Shown: piece by piece, positions 53,999-64,000 of the stretch
Layout of the letters: each line of letters opens with the position of its first letter
How positions within the stretch are numbered: position 1 is the first letter of the stretch
NCBI GenBank assembly: GCA_963841015.1
Contig: CAWJAX010000003.1
Span: forward strand, 640,001-704,000
Direction: 5' to 3'
Length of the DNA: 64,000 nt
Source of the DNA: an uncultured Methanoregulaceae archaeon
Lineage (GTDB): Archaea > Halobacteriota > Methanomicrobia > Methanomicrobiales > Methanospirillaceae
Made by a program: the position numbers and the translations under genes
Notes under the pieces: generated by a model
Told to the model about the DNA's origin: nothing
Database searches by the model: none
What the model saw: only the letters and a program-made list of their open reading frames with translations

Positions 53999-56162
53999 TC
54001 ATGATGCCTTCCTGAATTTTCCTTTCGGCACCAGAATCTCAAACCTTACGCCTTTCCCCGGCTCACCGGTCTCAGTAATGGAAATTCCGGTGAATCCCAG
54101 GAGCTCGCGGATCAGGAACAGGCCAAAACCGGTTCCCGTACCAAATCCGAATTCGAATATCTTTTCTTTTTCATCAAAAGGAATGCCCCTGCCATTATCC
54201 TCATAGATGATGATGAGAGATTCTCCTGATTCTTTTGCAGAAAGCCGGATTTTTGTCAGCTGGTGATCCCCGTGTTGTATCGAATTTGCCACAAGATTAT
54301 AAAAGACCCGGGGGAAGAGAGGATCGGCATACAGTTCGATATCATCCATTTCCACACGAATATCAATGGTGCTGGAAGGATTCAGGAGGATCGCTTCCCT
54401 GAACACCTTTTTCACGGATTGCCAGGCCGGTGAAGTAATGCCGAGGTCCTGGAGCGACCGGACAAATGCCATCTGGTTCCTGATAGACTCGATGGATTCG
54501 AGAGTCTTGTCAAGAAATGTCTGCATTGCCTCGCGGGATGTCTTGAGCTGTGCACGCTCCAGATAATTGACAATAATTGAGAGCTGATCAAGAACATCAC
54601 GTCGGGTAATACTAAAGAGGAGATCGATTTTTGTAGAGAGAGTTTCTTCCGTGACGTCCTCACCAATCCCGAGAATATACTGTAGGGTGTTTTCCGAATC
54701 ATATATCGGCACGATAATCATATGGATGATACGCTGGCCCCGGAATTTGTCGGCAATTTTTTTATTACTTATTGAAACCTGATTGAGTTGTGCATCAATA
54801 TCCTCTTTTTTAATCAGGGAGACCATTTCGGGGGAAAACAGCTCAGAATCTTTCCTGCCGATCACTTCATGTGCAGGCAGATGGAAAATCTGTTCACTCG
54901 CTTTATTCCAGAAAATATATTTTCCATCCTTCACACTTTTCATGAAGACGGCAACAGGCAGCTGTTCGATTATTTCACGGCGGAGAACTTCACCTTCCTT
55001 GACTTGTCTGATTGAACTCTTCAGAGATTCGACCATCGTGTTGATACTGTTTTCAAGCACCTGAAATTCTGTCACCTTGGTTGACGAGATCTTCCAGTCG
55101 AGGTCCCCCTGAGAAATCCGGTTAACATCATGAACTATTGCTGAGATCGGTTTTAAGAGATACCGGGAGAGTAAAAATGCTGAACAAATCCCAATAACCA
55201 GTGCCAGAATACTGATCAACAGGAAAGATTGCATATGCCCCTGATATGCCGTTTCGAGCATCGAATCATTATACGTGATTTCTACAATCCGGCTCATATC
55301 GGAACCGTACTGTTCGTTCTTCAGGTCAATGAAGAGATATTTGACAGAATATCCGGTTTCAGGCAGGGTGACCGTAATATCCCTTCGTTGCTGTATCACC
55401 TTCTTCAGGATAACCTTGGTAGGGTCATCCACTACCTCTGAGGTATTATCGCTAATTTTTCCCATCGTGTTGAAGATACGGACGCGGTCAATATACGGAT
55501 TGGATGAGGCGATCAGACTAATAGCATTTTTGTAATTGACGATGGATATTTCGGATGGAAACGAAGATTTCGAAAATCCCAGTTCGAGAATATATCGGTG
55601 GTCCGGTGTGGGCATGTAGGCAAATTTCCGCAATTTTTTTCCATCACCTGTCTGCTCATGGACAATACGATCCGGGAAGAAACCTTCAGAATTCCTGATC
55701 CTGGTCAGGTACTCAAAAAAATACGGGATTTTTTTAAAGTCCAGTCCCCGATCAGGTTCGTAGCTGGTAAACTCGATGACCCCGGATTCATTGATGATAT
55801 ATACATCATATTCATCTCCCAGTTCATGTTTTAGATCAGTCAGGTTCATTGTTGCGGGAATGCCCCCACAACGCTGGTATTCTGCCAGTACAACAACAAG
55901 TCCTTTGCGCATCTGCTCGTTCAGAGTGTTGTCATACAATGTGTCAGCTTTCATCCGTCAGTTTGATCGTGATAATAATATCCTGCTCAGTCTGTTGTTT
56001 GAGGTGCCGGGAATTTTTTTCGAACTGATTTTTTGTGGTATAGTAGTCAGTCACTGTATGAAGGCCGGCAACAATGATGACCAGAACCACCATAGCAATA
56101 AGAAGAGAGAGAAAGAATGAACGCCCTGTTATGCTGAAAAAACTCTTATCGGTCATGTCCAT
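53999..56162 (-). CDS. Membrane sensor histidine-kinase-like protein (extracellular sensor, HAMP, PAS, HATPase), split by a one-base insertion near 55945
   Basis: Two TM helices, HAMP (KPISAIVHDVNRISQGDL), PAS (WNKASEQIF), N box NLVANSIQHG, DNGRGI, GTGFGL. Confidence 0.88.
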
Positions 56163-56424
56163 CCCTGCTCAGGTAAAATCTCTCACCAATGACACACAAT
56201 CGTAACAAACAGAATAAACCACTCAAGCGACAATAAAAGTTTGGATTATTCCGGACGGTAAAATTGAATTATCTGAGGGTATTTCAAAGTGATACACAAA
56301 AATAAAACAATTTTCAGGATAAAAATTCGGCATAAATGTGATAAATCTGATATATCATAAAAAGACCAGTCAGACACCTTCAACAATCAGATACACAAAA
56401 ATGGAATTACCTGGATGAAAAAAA

Positions 56425-57027
56425 TTATTTCATTGCCTGGGTAATTGCTTCCTTAACTTTTTCATCCCCTTCAGTTTCAAGCGCGTGTTTGAGTGCTTCG
56501 TGTACTTTTTTTCCGCCGATAGCGCCAAGTGACCAGACAGTCATCATACGGACATACCGGTTTTCGTCCTTCAACAGGATAATCATAGGATCAACGGCGT
56601 CCGAGTCGCCAATTTCACGGAGACCCTTTGCAGCCATGTATCTCACATGATCCCGGTTATCCTTCAGAGCCTGAATAAGTGGTTTGACAGCCCGATCATC
56701 GGCAATTTTTCCCAGCGCTTCAACGGCACGGTACCGGGTCTCCCACTGAGGTTCTTTCATCGCAGAGGACAGCGGCTCGACTGCTGTTTTGCCGATCATG
56801 ACAAGGGCAGACATCGCCTGTGCGCGAACCGACTTGTCAAAATCACCCAGAGCCTCGATGAGCGGCTGGATTGCTCGCGGGTTCTGAGTCTTGCCGAGCA
56901 GGTATGCAGCATATTGCCGAACCTTTGGATCAGTGCTGTCATGAAGGGAATGTACCAATCCGTCCACTCCCTGTCTCTCAATGTCTTCGGCGCCTTCGGG
57001 TTTTTCCGGAATATTTTCTTCGGCCAT
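56425..57027 (-). CDS. HEAT (PBS-lyase-like) repeat protein
   Basis: Repeating VRxxAAxALGxIxDxRAVxPLIxALKD units. Confidence 0.92.
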   Translation of the reverse strand: MAEENIPEKPEGAEDIERQGVDGLVHSLHDSTDPKVRQYAAYLLGKTQNPRAIQPLIEALGDFDKSVRAQAMSALVMIGKTAVEPLSSAMKEPQWETRYRAVEALGKIADDRAVKPLIQALKDNRDHVRYMAAKGLREIGDSDAVDPMIILLKDENRYVRMMTVWSLGAIGGKKVHEALKHALETEGDEKVKEAITQAMK

Positions 57028-57375
57028 AATTTCACCATGAAGTATCTCCCGTTTTGTTATATAAGGAAGATCACGGATGACAAATAAACATCAAAGTTGT
57101 TTAAAAATTACTCAGCAGGTGTATTTCTGATTTGCATCCCTGAGGATCGCTATTCTTCTCAGATTCTCGTAAACAGTAGCCGCAGAATGGTGACACACCA
57201 TCGTCTTGATAAGCCAGAAGCCATTATGAGAGGGGGGGAAACCAAAGTCTTCTCCATCACCGTGGTTTTTCCATCATGGCTTAATTAAGGAATTTTTCCA
57301 ACCAAAAAATTAAACTGTCGTGATAACTGCAAAATAATTTGAAGTTTACGACGGATATAAATATTTTACACCACG

Positions 57376-58293
57376 ATGCTTTTTTGTATGAATAATAAAC
57401 TCATCCCACTCATAGCAGTGTTCATAGCAATGGTTGCGGCTGCCGGATGCATGGGATTTCCGACTTCAGGTATTGATCCATCTTCTGCATTGCAGGATAT
57501 CAGCAATGGACGCGTACAGCCTGAATCCAAGATGGTGTATGGCGGTGAGGCGGGGTCCTATCCAGTACCAACGAGCGCACCATCACAATCGGGTTCAGGT
57601 ACAAGCAAGATCGAGACGAAGATCATCAAAACTGCCTATCTGTCAATCGAAGTAAAAGATGTTCCCGGAACAATCGAGACGCTGAAAAATCTTGCATCCC
57701 AGAAAGGGGGCTATTTGTCCTCCACAAATATCCAGAAAAACTACAATGACCGTCTCTCCGGTTCCGTCATAATCCGGGTTCCTGCAGCAGAATTTGAAAA
57801 TACCCTTTCGAGCGTCAAGGCAATCGGCACCGTCAAATCCGCCTCTACACAAGGGCAGGATGTGACAGAGGAATATGTCGATCTCCAGGCACAGAAAAGC
57901 TCCTACCAGAACCAGCTTGCCCAATATAATGAGATCATGAAAAAGGCGGTCAAAGTTGAAGATGTAATAACAGTCCAACAGCAGATCGACCGGGTCCAGA
58001 CAGAACTGAACCGGCTTGAGGGCAGGCTGAAATATCTTGACAGCCGGATCGATCTTTCGACAATCACGGTAAACCTCCAGGAACCCGAACCCGTCGGGGG
58101 TGAGACAGGCCATAATTTTATTTCGACAATTAATGAAGGAATATCCGGGTTCTTTGGCATGATCGATGCCATTATTATCATCCTTTTCACATTGCTTCCA
58201 CTTATCATCGTTGGGGGTGTTGGGTATGCAATCTACCGCTGGAGAAAAGGCAGGAAAGGTTCGGATCCACCGGAACTTTCAGAAAGAAAATAA
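57376..58293 (+). CDS. DUF4349 domain lipoprotein
   Basis: Lipobox AAAGC; KIIKTAYL, IRVPA, QDVTEEYVDL, LEGRLKYL; C-terminal TM helix. Confidence 0.88.
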   Translation: MLFCMNNKLIPLIAVFIAMVAAAGCMGFPTSGIDPSSALQDISNGRVQPESKMVYGGEAGSYPVPTSAPSQSGSGTSKIETKIIKTAYLSIEVKDVPGTIETLKNLASQKGGYLSSTNIQKNYNDRLSGSVIIRVPAAEFENTLSSVKAIGTVKSASTQGQDVTEEYVDLQAQKSSYQNQLAQYNEIMKKAVKVEDVITVQQQIDRVQTELNRLEGRLKYLDSRIDLSTITVNLQEPEPVGGETGHNFISTINEGISGFFGMIDAIIIILFTLLPLIIVGGVGYAIYRWRKGRKGSDPPELSERK

Positions 58294-58363
58294 TTGTTTT
58301 TATAAAATAATGGTTTTTTTTGCTGATCTGACAATGTTCGGATTTTTGTCCTTCCTCTGAATA

Positions 58364-59679
58364 TTATATACCAACCGTTGAACCGCTGTTTCCAGGTGTG
58401 GGGCGGTACGTTGGAGTTGCTGTGGGTTTTATGGTTCTTGTGGGTATAGTGGTAGTTCCTGAATTTTTTGTAATCGTTGGAATCGTTGTGAACGCAGTAG
58501 CGTCCCCAGAAGTTCCACCTTCACTATTTGCAATCATGGGGTAGATAAAAAAGGCTCCCAAAACAACGGCAACAATAATTATTACAACGATGATACCGAG
58601 AATAACTTTTTTGCCAGGTTTACCGCTAAGTACATCCCATGGTTTCTGGGGAACCCGAGGTTTGCCAGAAGGCGATATCTGTTCGGAATCATGGGCGTCC
58701 ATGATAACCGGCTGTGCTGCTTCGGATTTATCAGCCGTCCCACGTAAGTCTGAATCCGACAATGAGTAGATTGATTCAATTGGTGTAACTGTGGATATCT
58801 GTTCCTCGGGGGTCTCTTGTCGCTGCGAAGCTGCTCCCTGGGTCTTGGAGGGTACGCTGGTCAGGAGGGGTATAATGAGGGGTTCTCTTGCAGAGATATC
58901 CTTATCGATGGGTTGAATACTGCTGTCTGCGTATTCCGGAACAGACGATTGGGATACTGCAGCTTGTGGTGTTTTGGATTCTGCCAGATTTCCAGGAACA
59001 ACAATCTGGGATCCACAGCGGTTACAGAACTTCGAACTATCCGGCACACGGTTCCCGCACCGTGAGCAATAAGTACCATAGCCGGGGGGTGAGACGTCAG
59101 ATTCTTTTACCGCTGACGGGGGGAGAGAAGAACCTGTACTTGTCGAAATAATTTTTTTGACCGGTGCGATATCCTCTGCTTCTTTCTTCGCAGCAGTTTT
59201 CTTGGCAGGCGGCACTTTTTGCGAAACGGGAGAACTGACAATCTCTATCCGTGGAGGTGCGGCGCGGGCAGCTTTTTTGAAGACTGCCCGATACCCGGCA
59301 TTACTTTCCGAATGACCTGTTCAAAAGATGACGAGGTATTCTCTTTTAGCACCCTCATCCAGTCATCCCGTTCCTTGATCCGGGTACCTCCTGTTTGACG
59401 TGAGAAGGTGAGGATCATCTGCCGGGTCTCACCAGTCTTGGCCATCACAGACAATGTTATTATCTGGTCACGGATCGCGTTCTCACCTGCCTGAAAATCT
59501 TTGAGCGTGACAAGCGGTATCTCTTTTTGCGGAAGGAGGTTTGTCGCCCTGTCGACAAGAATGATTCGTTTGTTGGTAAGAATACCTTCAAACGGGATCG
59601 ACTTGACAAAGATTCCCTGAGTCCTGAGGAGAACAGACTCATCACTACGCAGTTCTGGATCGCCCATTATACCACACAT
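58364..59679 (-). CDS. PH-like domain plus zinc-ribbon membrane protein, split by a -1 frameshift near 59275
   Basis: N-part GILTNKRIILV (PH-like); C-part CSRCG...FCNRCG, TM helix and Thr/Pro tail. The frames join at TCA AAA AAG. Confidence 0.75.
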
Positions 59680-59938
59680 TACCCCATACTACCTTAAAAA
59701 GTGTAGGTCACAAAAAGAAAAAGATAGTGAATTAAAATGTGCCGGAATTACTCACCAGATTGAAAATTTCGGACTACTCAATTTTACCAGAATGTTGTGT
59801 GAGGTTTCCCGAATATATCCATGCAATTACACTGCTTCTGATATCGGGCTTATACCTGTGATGTTATCAAACCTGAAAAAAATCTATCCCTACTTATTTT
59901 AGTTCGCAGAAAAAACTCTATCAGATGAGTGAATTCTG

Positions 59939-60409
59939 ATGGTGTTCACCTGCCGGCAATGCGGAATGTGTTGTATGTATATGGGCGACTACATCGTAAT
60001 CGAACACCAGATAGGTCCCTTTGAATTTGCCTGTGAGTCTGTTTCAACCGGCACACCCTTTGTTGCCCGTATCGATGAAGATAAGCATCACATCTTTCTG
60101 GACCATACATTTCCGGATCAGCACCCGGCTGCCTGCAGGTTTCTCCGTCCCGATGGAGATCTTATAAGGTGCGTTATCCATGATTCGAGTCCCTGCCAGT
60201 GTAAATACTATCGATGCGTGATCATGCGAATCTTTGATTCCCAAGAGAGCTTGATAGGAACCGTAACGGGAAATTTGTCACTGCATTCAAACGATGCTGT
60301 GCTGAGGCGTCTGTGGGAGGCAGAGGAGAGTAGAATTTCGCATCTTTCTGCTGATGAGGAAATATGGTTGCAGAAGTATCTCGAAGACAAAGGCTACAGG
60401 GTTGAATGA
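59939..60409 (+). CDS. YkgJ family cysteine-cluster protein
   Basis: FTCRQCGMCC, CRFL, CVIHDSSPCQCKYY. Confidence 0.88.
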   Translation: MVFTCRQCGMCCMYMGDYIVIEHQIGPFEFACESVSTGTPFVARIDEDKHHIFLDHTFPDQHPAACRFLRPDGDLIRCVIHDSSPCQCKYYRCVIMRIFDSQESLIGTVTGNLSLHSNDAVLRRLWEAEESRISHLSADEEIWLQKYLEDKGYRVE

Positions 60410-60656
60410 ATCAGACTTTCAGATATCCATCAGGACCTTGTTTTTAATTGAGCCACGAAAATAAAAATTGAGTGAAGATGTTAAAAAAAATGCGTTGCTC
60501 AACTTAAGAGAGAGAAAATGCTTCATTTTCTGACAGATGGTTTTTTGAGATCTTATTATGAGTGTCGATTCTATCGCCTCTTGGGGATCGCCACATCGAA
60601 GACAGCAGAGGTAAAACCCGAAGATTCTGGAATACGACGATGCCCTGAATTATAAA

Positions 60657-60675
60657 ATGGAGATAGCATCTCCAT
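60657..60675. terminator. Hairpin with adjacent T-tracts downstream of the tRNA-Tyr/Asp pair, possible terminator
   Basis: ATGGAGAT-AGC-ATCTCCAT perfect 8-bp stem between convergent units. Confidence 0.35.
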
Positions 60676-60734
60676 AAAAAATCAGCATTTTTTCTTTAAA
60701 AACTGATGGGATTACCAAAGAACAATAAAAATTA

Positions 60735-60807
60735 CGCCCAGGTCGGAATTCGAATCCGAGTCGTTTGCGTGACAGGCAAACATGATGGGCCACTACACTA
60801 CCTGGGC
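60735..60807 (-). tRNA. tRNA-Asp(GTC)
   Basis: Acceptor GCCCAGG/CCTGGGC-G, anticodon arm TTTGC-CT-GTC-AC-GCAAA, T-arm TCGGA-TTCGAAT-TCCGA; 73 nt. Confidence 0.97.
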
Positions 60808-60824
60808 TCTCTTTTAAACAAATG

Positions 60825-60930
60825 TCCCGCCTCCCGGATTCGAACCGGGGACATCGCGGTAGCCGCGCAGTTACCGATACCGGTAAACCATACTACAGCC
60901 GCGCACTCTACCGAGCTGAGTTAAGGCGGG
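60825..60930 (-). tRNA. tRNA-Tyr(GTA) with a 32-nt intron at 37/38 (intron 60892-60861)
   Basis: C1-G72 acceptor CCCGCCT/AGGCGGG-A, anticodon arm CGCGG-CT-GTA-G...A-CCGCG, T-arm CCCGG-TTCGAAT-CCGGG. Confidence 0.96.
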
Positions 60931-61079
60931 GCACTGTGCTCTAAATGTTGGAATAGTCTGGTATTAAACGTATCGTTAAAGATAAAGGAAAAATGGCAAT
61001 TAATTGCCGGATTTCAATAATTTCTGGGTATTGTTTAAATAATCCGCATGCTCATAGAGATGTATGACTGCTCGCAAGG

Positions 61080-62600
61080 ATGTTGCGGGGGATCGCCTTC
61101 TTCACCGATAGCCATGCTCATGAAGAAGTGACTGTTTTTGACACTACGCTCCGGGATGGAGAACAAACCCCGGGGATTGCATTCACCTTTGAACAGAAAC
61201 TCCAGATCGCACGTCAGCTCTCGGACATCGGCGTCCATGTAATCGAGGCAGGATTTCCTGCATCTTCGAAAGCCGAGAAAGAGACGGTGACCGCTATTAA
61301 AAAGTCCGGTCTTGAGGCGAAGATTTGCGGGCTCGCCCGTTCAGTTAAAGCTGATGTCGACGCATGCCTTGACTGCGATGTGGACATGGTGCACGTCTTT
61401 ATCCCCACATCAGATATCCAGCGTGAGAACACTATCAACAAGAGCCGGGAGGAAGTGCTCGGGATTACTGCAGATATTATTCAGTATATCCGCGACCACA
61501 CGGACATGTGCATGTTTTCTGCAATGGATGCAACGAGGACTAACGGGGATTATCTCATAGAAGTCTTCCGGGCTGCAGCAAATGCCGGCGCTACCATTAT
61601 TAACGTGCCGGATACCGTAGGTGTTATATCTCCTTCGGGTATGAAGACCCTCGTCACCCGGATCGCCCGGGAGGTTGATTGTCCTATTGACGTGCATTGC
61701 CACAATGACTTCGGACTGGCAGTCGCAAACACAATCGCGGCTGTCGAAGCTGGTGCATCACAGGTGCAGGTCACCGTGAATGGTCTGGGGGAGCGGGCGG
61801 GTAATGCGGACCTGGCTCAGACGGTAATGATTCTCGAAGCTATATACCGGATAAAAACGGGGATACACAAGGAGCGACTGGTCGAGACTTCACACCTGAT
61901 CTCCCGGTTCAGCGGTATCAGCATTCCACCTACCCAGCCGGTTGTAGGTGAAAATGTCTTTTCACATGAGAGTGGCATCCACTCACACGGTGTTATCAAA
62001 AATGCCGCAACATTTGAACCCGGCATCATGACACCGGAAATGGTCGGGCACCGCAGGAGATTAACCCTGGGGAAGCACGTGGGAAGACATGCGGTATACC
62101 AGATGCTTTCTGAGGTTCATATAGAACCATCAGACATGCAGCTGGATATAATCGTTGAGAAGGTCAAAGCGATCGCAAACAAGGGAAAACGGGTGACTGA
62201 CGCTGATCTTTACGAGGTTGCTGATAGTGTGATGGGAGTGGAACTGAACCACAAAATGTTTGAACTTGAAGATATTGCGATCATGACGGGCAACCACATG
62301 ATTCCCACGGCGAGCGTGAAAGCAAAAGTCAATGGGAAAGAGCATGTATTCTCCAGTGTTGGCAATGGCCCGGTTGACGCAGCACTCCATGCTATCATGG
62401 GAATTACTCCCTCGCGCCTCCAGCTCAGGGAGTTCAACATCGAAGCAATCTCCGGTGGATCCGATGCAATGTGCCACGTGACTATTGCTGTCGAGGATGA
62501 GCACGGCAAAATCTTTGACGCAAGCGGTAGCGGTGATGACATCGTACTTTCATCGGTCGAGGCGCTGGTCAACGCGATCAACCTGATCAGCCGGAAATAA
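61080..62600 (+). CDS. 2-isopropylmalate / (R)-citramalate synthase family protein (LeuA/CimA)
   Basis: DTTLRDGEQ, EAGFP, PDTVG, HCHNDFGLA, GERAGNA, HESGIH, GNGPVDA regulatory domain; the paralog cannot be resolved by eye. Confidence 0.92.
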   Translation: MLRGIAFFTDSHAHEEVTVFDTTLRDGEQTPGIAFTFEQKLQIARQLSDIGVHVIEAGFPASSKAEKETVTAIKKSGLEAKICGLARSVKADVDACLDCDVDMVHVFIPTSDIQRENTINKSREEVLGITADIIQYIRDHTDMCMFSAMDATRTNGDYLIEVFRAAANAGATIINVPDTVGVISPSGMKTLVTRIAREVDCPIDVHCHNDFGLAVANTIAAVEAGASQVQVTVNGLGERAGNADLAQTVMILEAIYRIKTGIHKERLVETSHLISRFSGISIPPTQPVVGENVFSHESGIHSHGVIKNAATFEPGIMTPEMVGHRRRLTLGKHVGRHAVYQMLSEVHIEPSDMQLDIIVEKVKAIANKGKRVTDADLYEVADSVMGVELNHKMFELEDIAIMTGNHMIPTASVKAKVNGKEHVFSSVGNGPVDAALHAIMGITPSRLQLREFNIEAISGGSDAMCHVTIAVEDEHGKIFDASGSGDDIVLSSVEALVNAINLISRK

Positions 62601-62608
62601 CCCTAATC

Positions 62609-63187
62609 CTATTTTCCCGAAGATGCGCGAAGCTCCCGGAGAGTTGTAAGCGCATTGTTATAGCCGTACAGTTGGGCTCGTGTGGAGAGTCTGTCGATAA
62701 TCTCGTCCGTTGATGCAAGATACCGTTTCCTGAACTGTCCGCACCGTGGACTGGAATCCAGGAAGTTATCAATCCGGTCACAGAGTTTTATCAGCGTTGC
62801 CTCGGGGGGGGCATCAAGGATACGGCCTATGCTGTCGGAGAGACGGGCTGCCTTACCCGGAATCGTATTTTTTTTGGTGAGCGCATCAACCATGACCATG
62901 ATGTCATTTTTTTCATCATCGGAAAAAGGAAGGTGTGCAATAAATTCCTCCGTCTGCGCAATCCATTCAGGAGTACAGTCCTCATAGATATCATGCAGCC
63001 ACGCAGCTATGATGGCCATGTGTGTGCCGCCAAACATCCCGACAAGAGCGGCAACCCGTGCCGGGTGGATAATATAAGGGGTTCTTCTGTCCTTGCGGAA
63101 CTGTCCCTTGTGGGCACGTGCGGCATGATCAGCAGCATTCTTGATCGCCAGCAGATGTTGAGCCAGGTCCGTGTTTGTCGGATCCAT
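62609..63187 (-). CDS. Stand-alone RelA/SpoT-type HD hydrolase (Mesh1/SAH-like)
   Basis: AHKGQFRK...PYIIHP, AAWLHDIYED, IKLCDRIDN. Confidence 0.85.
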   Translation of the reverse strand: MDPTNTDLAQHLLAIKNAADHAARAHKGQFRKDRRTPYIIHPARVAALVGMFGGTHMAIIAAWLHDIYEDCTPEWIAQTEEFIAHLPFSDDEKNDIMVMVDALTKKNTIPGKAARLSDSIGRILDAPPEATLIKLCDRIDNFLDSSPRCGQFRKRYLASTDEIIDRLSTRAQLYGYNNALTTLRELRASSGK

Positions 63188-63262
63188 AACGGTCTCCATA
63201 CGAAAAAAATCCTGCCGGTTACCAAAATTTTCTTGTAAATCCGGTGATGAAAAAATACGCAA

Positions 63263-63625
63263 TTATGCAGCCGTCGGGGCACCTTTGCCCTCAATTGCCG
63301 CTTTGATCTGTGCCTGTAACTGCTCAAATTTACCCTGCATCATCTTCTCCTGCTTTTCCAGCGATTTGATGCGCAGCTCAAGCGTCTCAACTTTCTCGGA
63401 AAGTTTTGTGTTCACGACCTCTTTTTTCTTCTGCATCATTACCGTACCGACGCTCATGTACATGACCGCATCATCCGGTGAATCGCTGATCTCTTCCTGA
63501 GCGCGCTTCGCCTCGCGCACTGCCATCTCATACTGGGCTTTCTGCGAAAGGATAGTCTGCAGTTGCTGTTGTATCTGCTGGAGCATGGCCAGCTGGTTCT
63601 GCACTTTGGGTGAAAGATTGTTCAT
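63263..63625 (-). CDS. pfdB: Prefoldin subunit beta
   Basis: LSPKVQNQLAMLQQIQQQLQ, YMSVGTVM hairpin, LELRIKSLEKQE. Confidence 0.95.
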   Translation of the reverse strand: MNNLSPKVQNQLAMLQQIQQQLQTILSQKAQYEMAVREAKRAQEEISDSPDDAVMYMSVGTVMMQKKKEVVNTKLSEKVETLELRIKSLEKQEKMMQGKFEQLQAQIKAAIEGKGAPTAA

Positions 63626-63757
63626 GATTGTTACTCTTCTTATTGTATCGGTTTCAATTGATAAAAAGGATTATTCCAAAAGTGTCTGAAAATCATAGAA
63701 AAATTTTTTTCTGGGTATTAAATTAAAAAAAACTTAATGAACTTCTCGCGAAGGCAG

Positions 63758-63997
63758 TTACTTAAAATCCTGCATCTCATCTGCTACGTTTACCAGCCGA
63801 AGAACCATATTGAGCGCTGCCCGAAGTGCTGCAATATCATAAGCTTCAACTTTAAGGATCAGGGTGCCCTCCCCTTCAAGCCAGCAACGGGTAGTTGAGC
63901 GAGGATTCACTTCATCGGAAAGTTCCGGGGTCAGCGCCTGGCAGATCAGCTGTGCGTGGGTTGTTGAAAATCGGAAGATCGCCTCGTGAAGCGTCAC
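63758..63997 (-). CDS. pcc1: KEOPS complex subunit Pcc1
   Basis: ALTPE, RS, LKVEAYDIAALRAALNMVLRLV; conserved position upstream of pfdB. Confidence 0.88.
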   Translation of the reverse strand: MTLHEAIFRFSTTHAQLICQALTPELSDEVNPRSTTRCWLEGEGTLILKVEAYDIAALRAALNMVLRLVNVADEMQDFK

Positions 63998-64000
63998 TTG

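Noticed and set aside
60410-60734. Possible integrated element at the 3' ends of the tRNA genes
   Set aside because: No integrase and no duplicated tRNA 3' fragment was seen in the window.

Overview
Chromosomal segment of a methanogenic archaeon, most likely Methanomicrobiales (Methanoregula-like). This rests on mfnB, fae-hps, topoisomerase VI, prefoldin/Pcc1 and intron-containing tRNAs; the taxon is inferred, not searched. Bases 1-15.9 kb are an AT-rich surface-glycan cluster: a flippase, four glycosyltransferases, and CDP-4-keto-6-deoxyglucose enzymes that appear to feed both a C-methyl-branched and a yersiniose-type (YerE/DdhC) branched sugar. A 195-bp MITE-like element closes the cluster. 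The rest is mostly housekeeping: top6AB, hisS, larB-nadM, ychF, valS, tmk, mfnB, guaB, fae-hps, cbiMNQO-cbiA, ilvD, leuA/cimA, pfdB, pcc1 and tRNA-Trp/Tyr/Asp. Two secreted PKD proteins end in 135-bp tandem VGDWNGDG repeats and have no membrane anchor. About eight genes are split by single-base frameshifts, and one 750-bp stretch is full of indels, so sequencing error must be excluded before interpreting any split gene. Best leads: the repeat (predicted beta-propeller) module on secreted proteins as a possible glycan-binding surface anchor, the dual branched-sugar pathway, the structured MITE, an in-phase A_AAA_AAG -1 frameshift candidate, a histidine kinase lacking its phospho-His, and an expanded C/D-guide intron in tRNA-Trp. 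All product calls come from motif recognition by eye; no database search was run.
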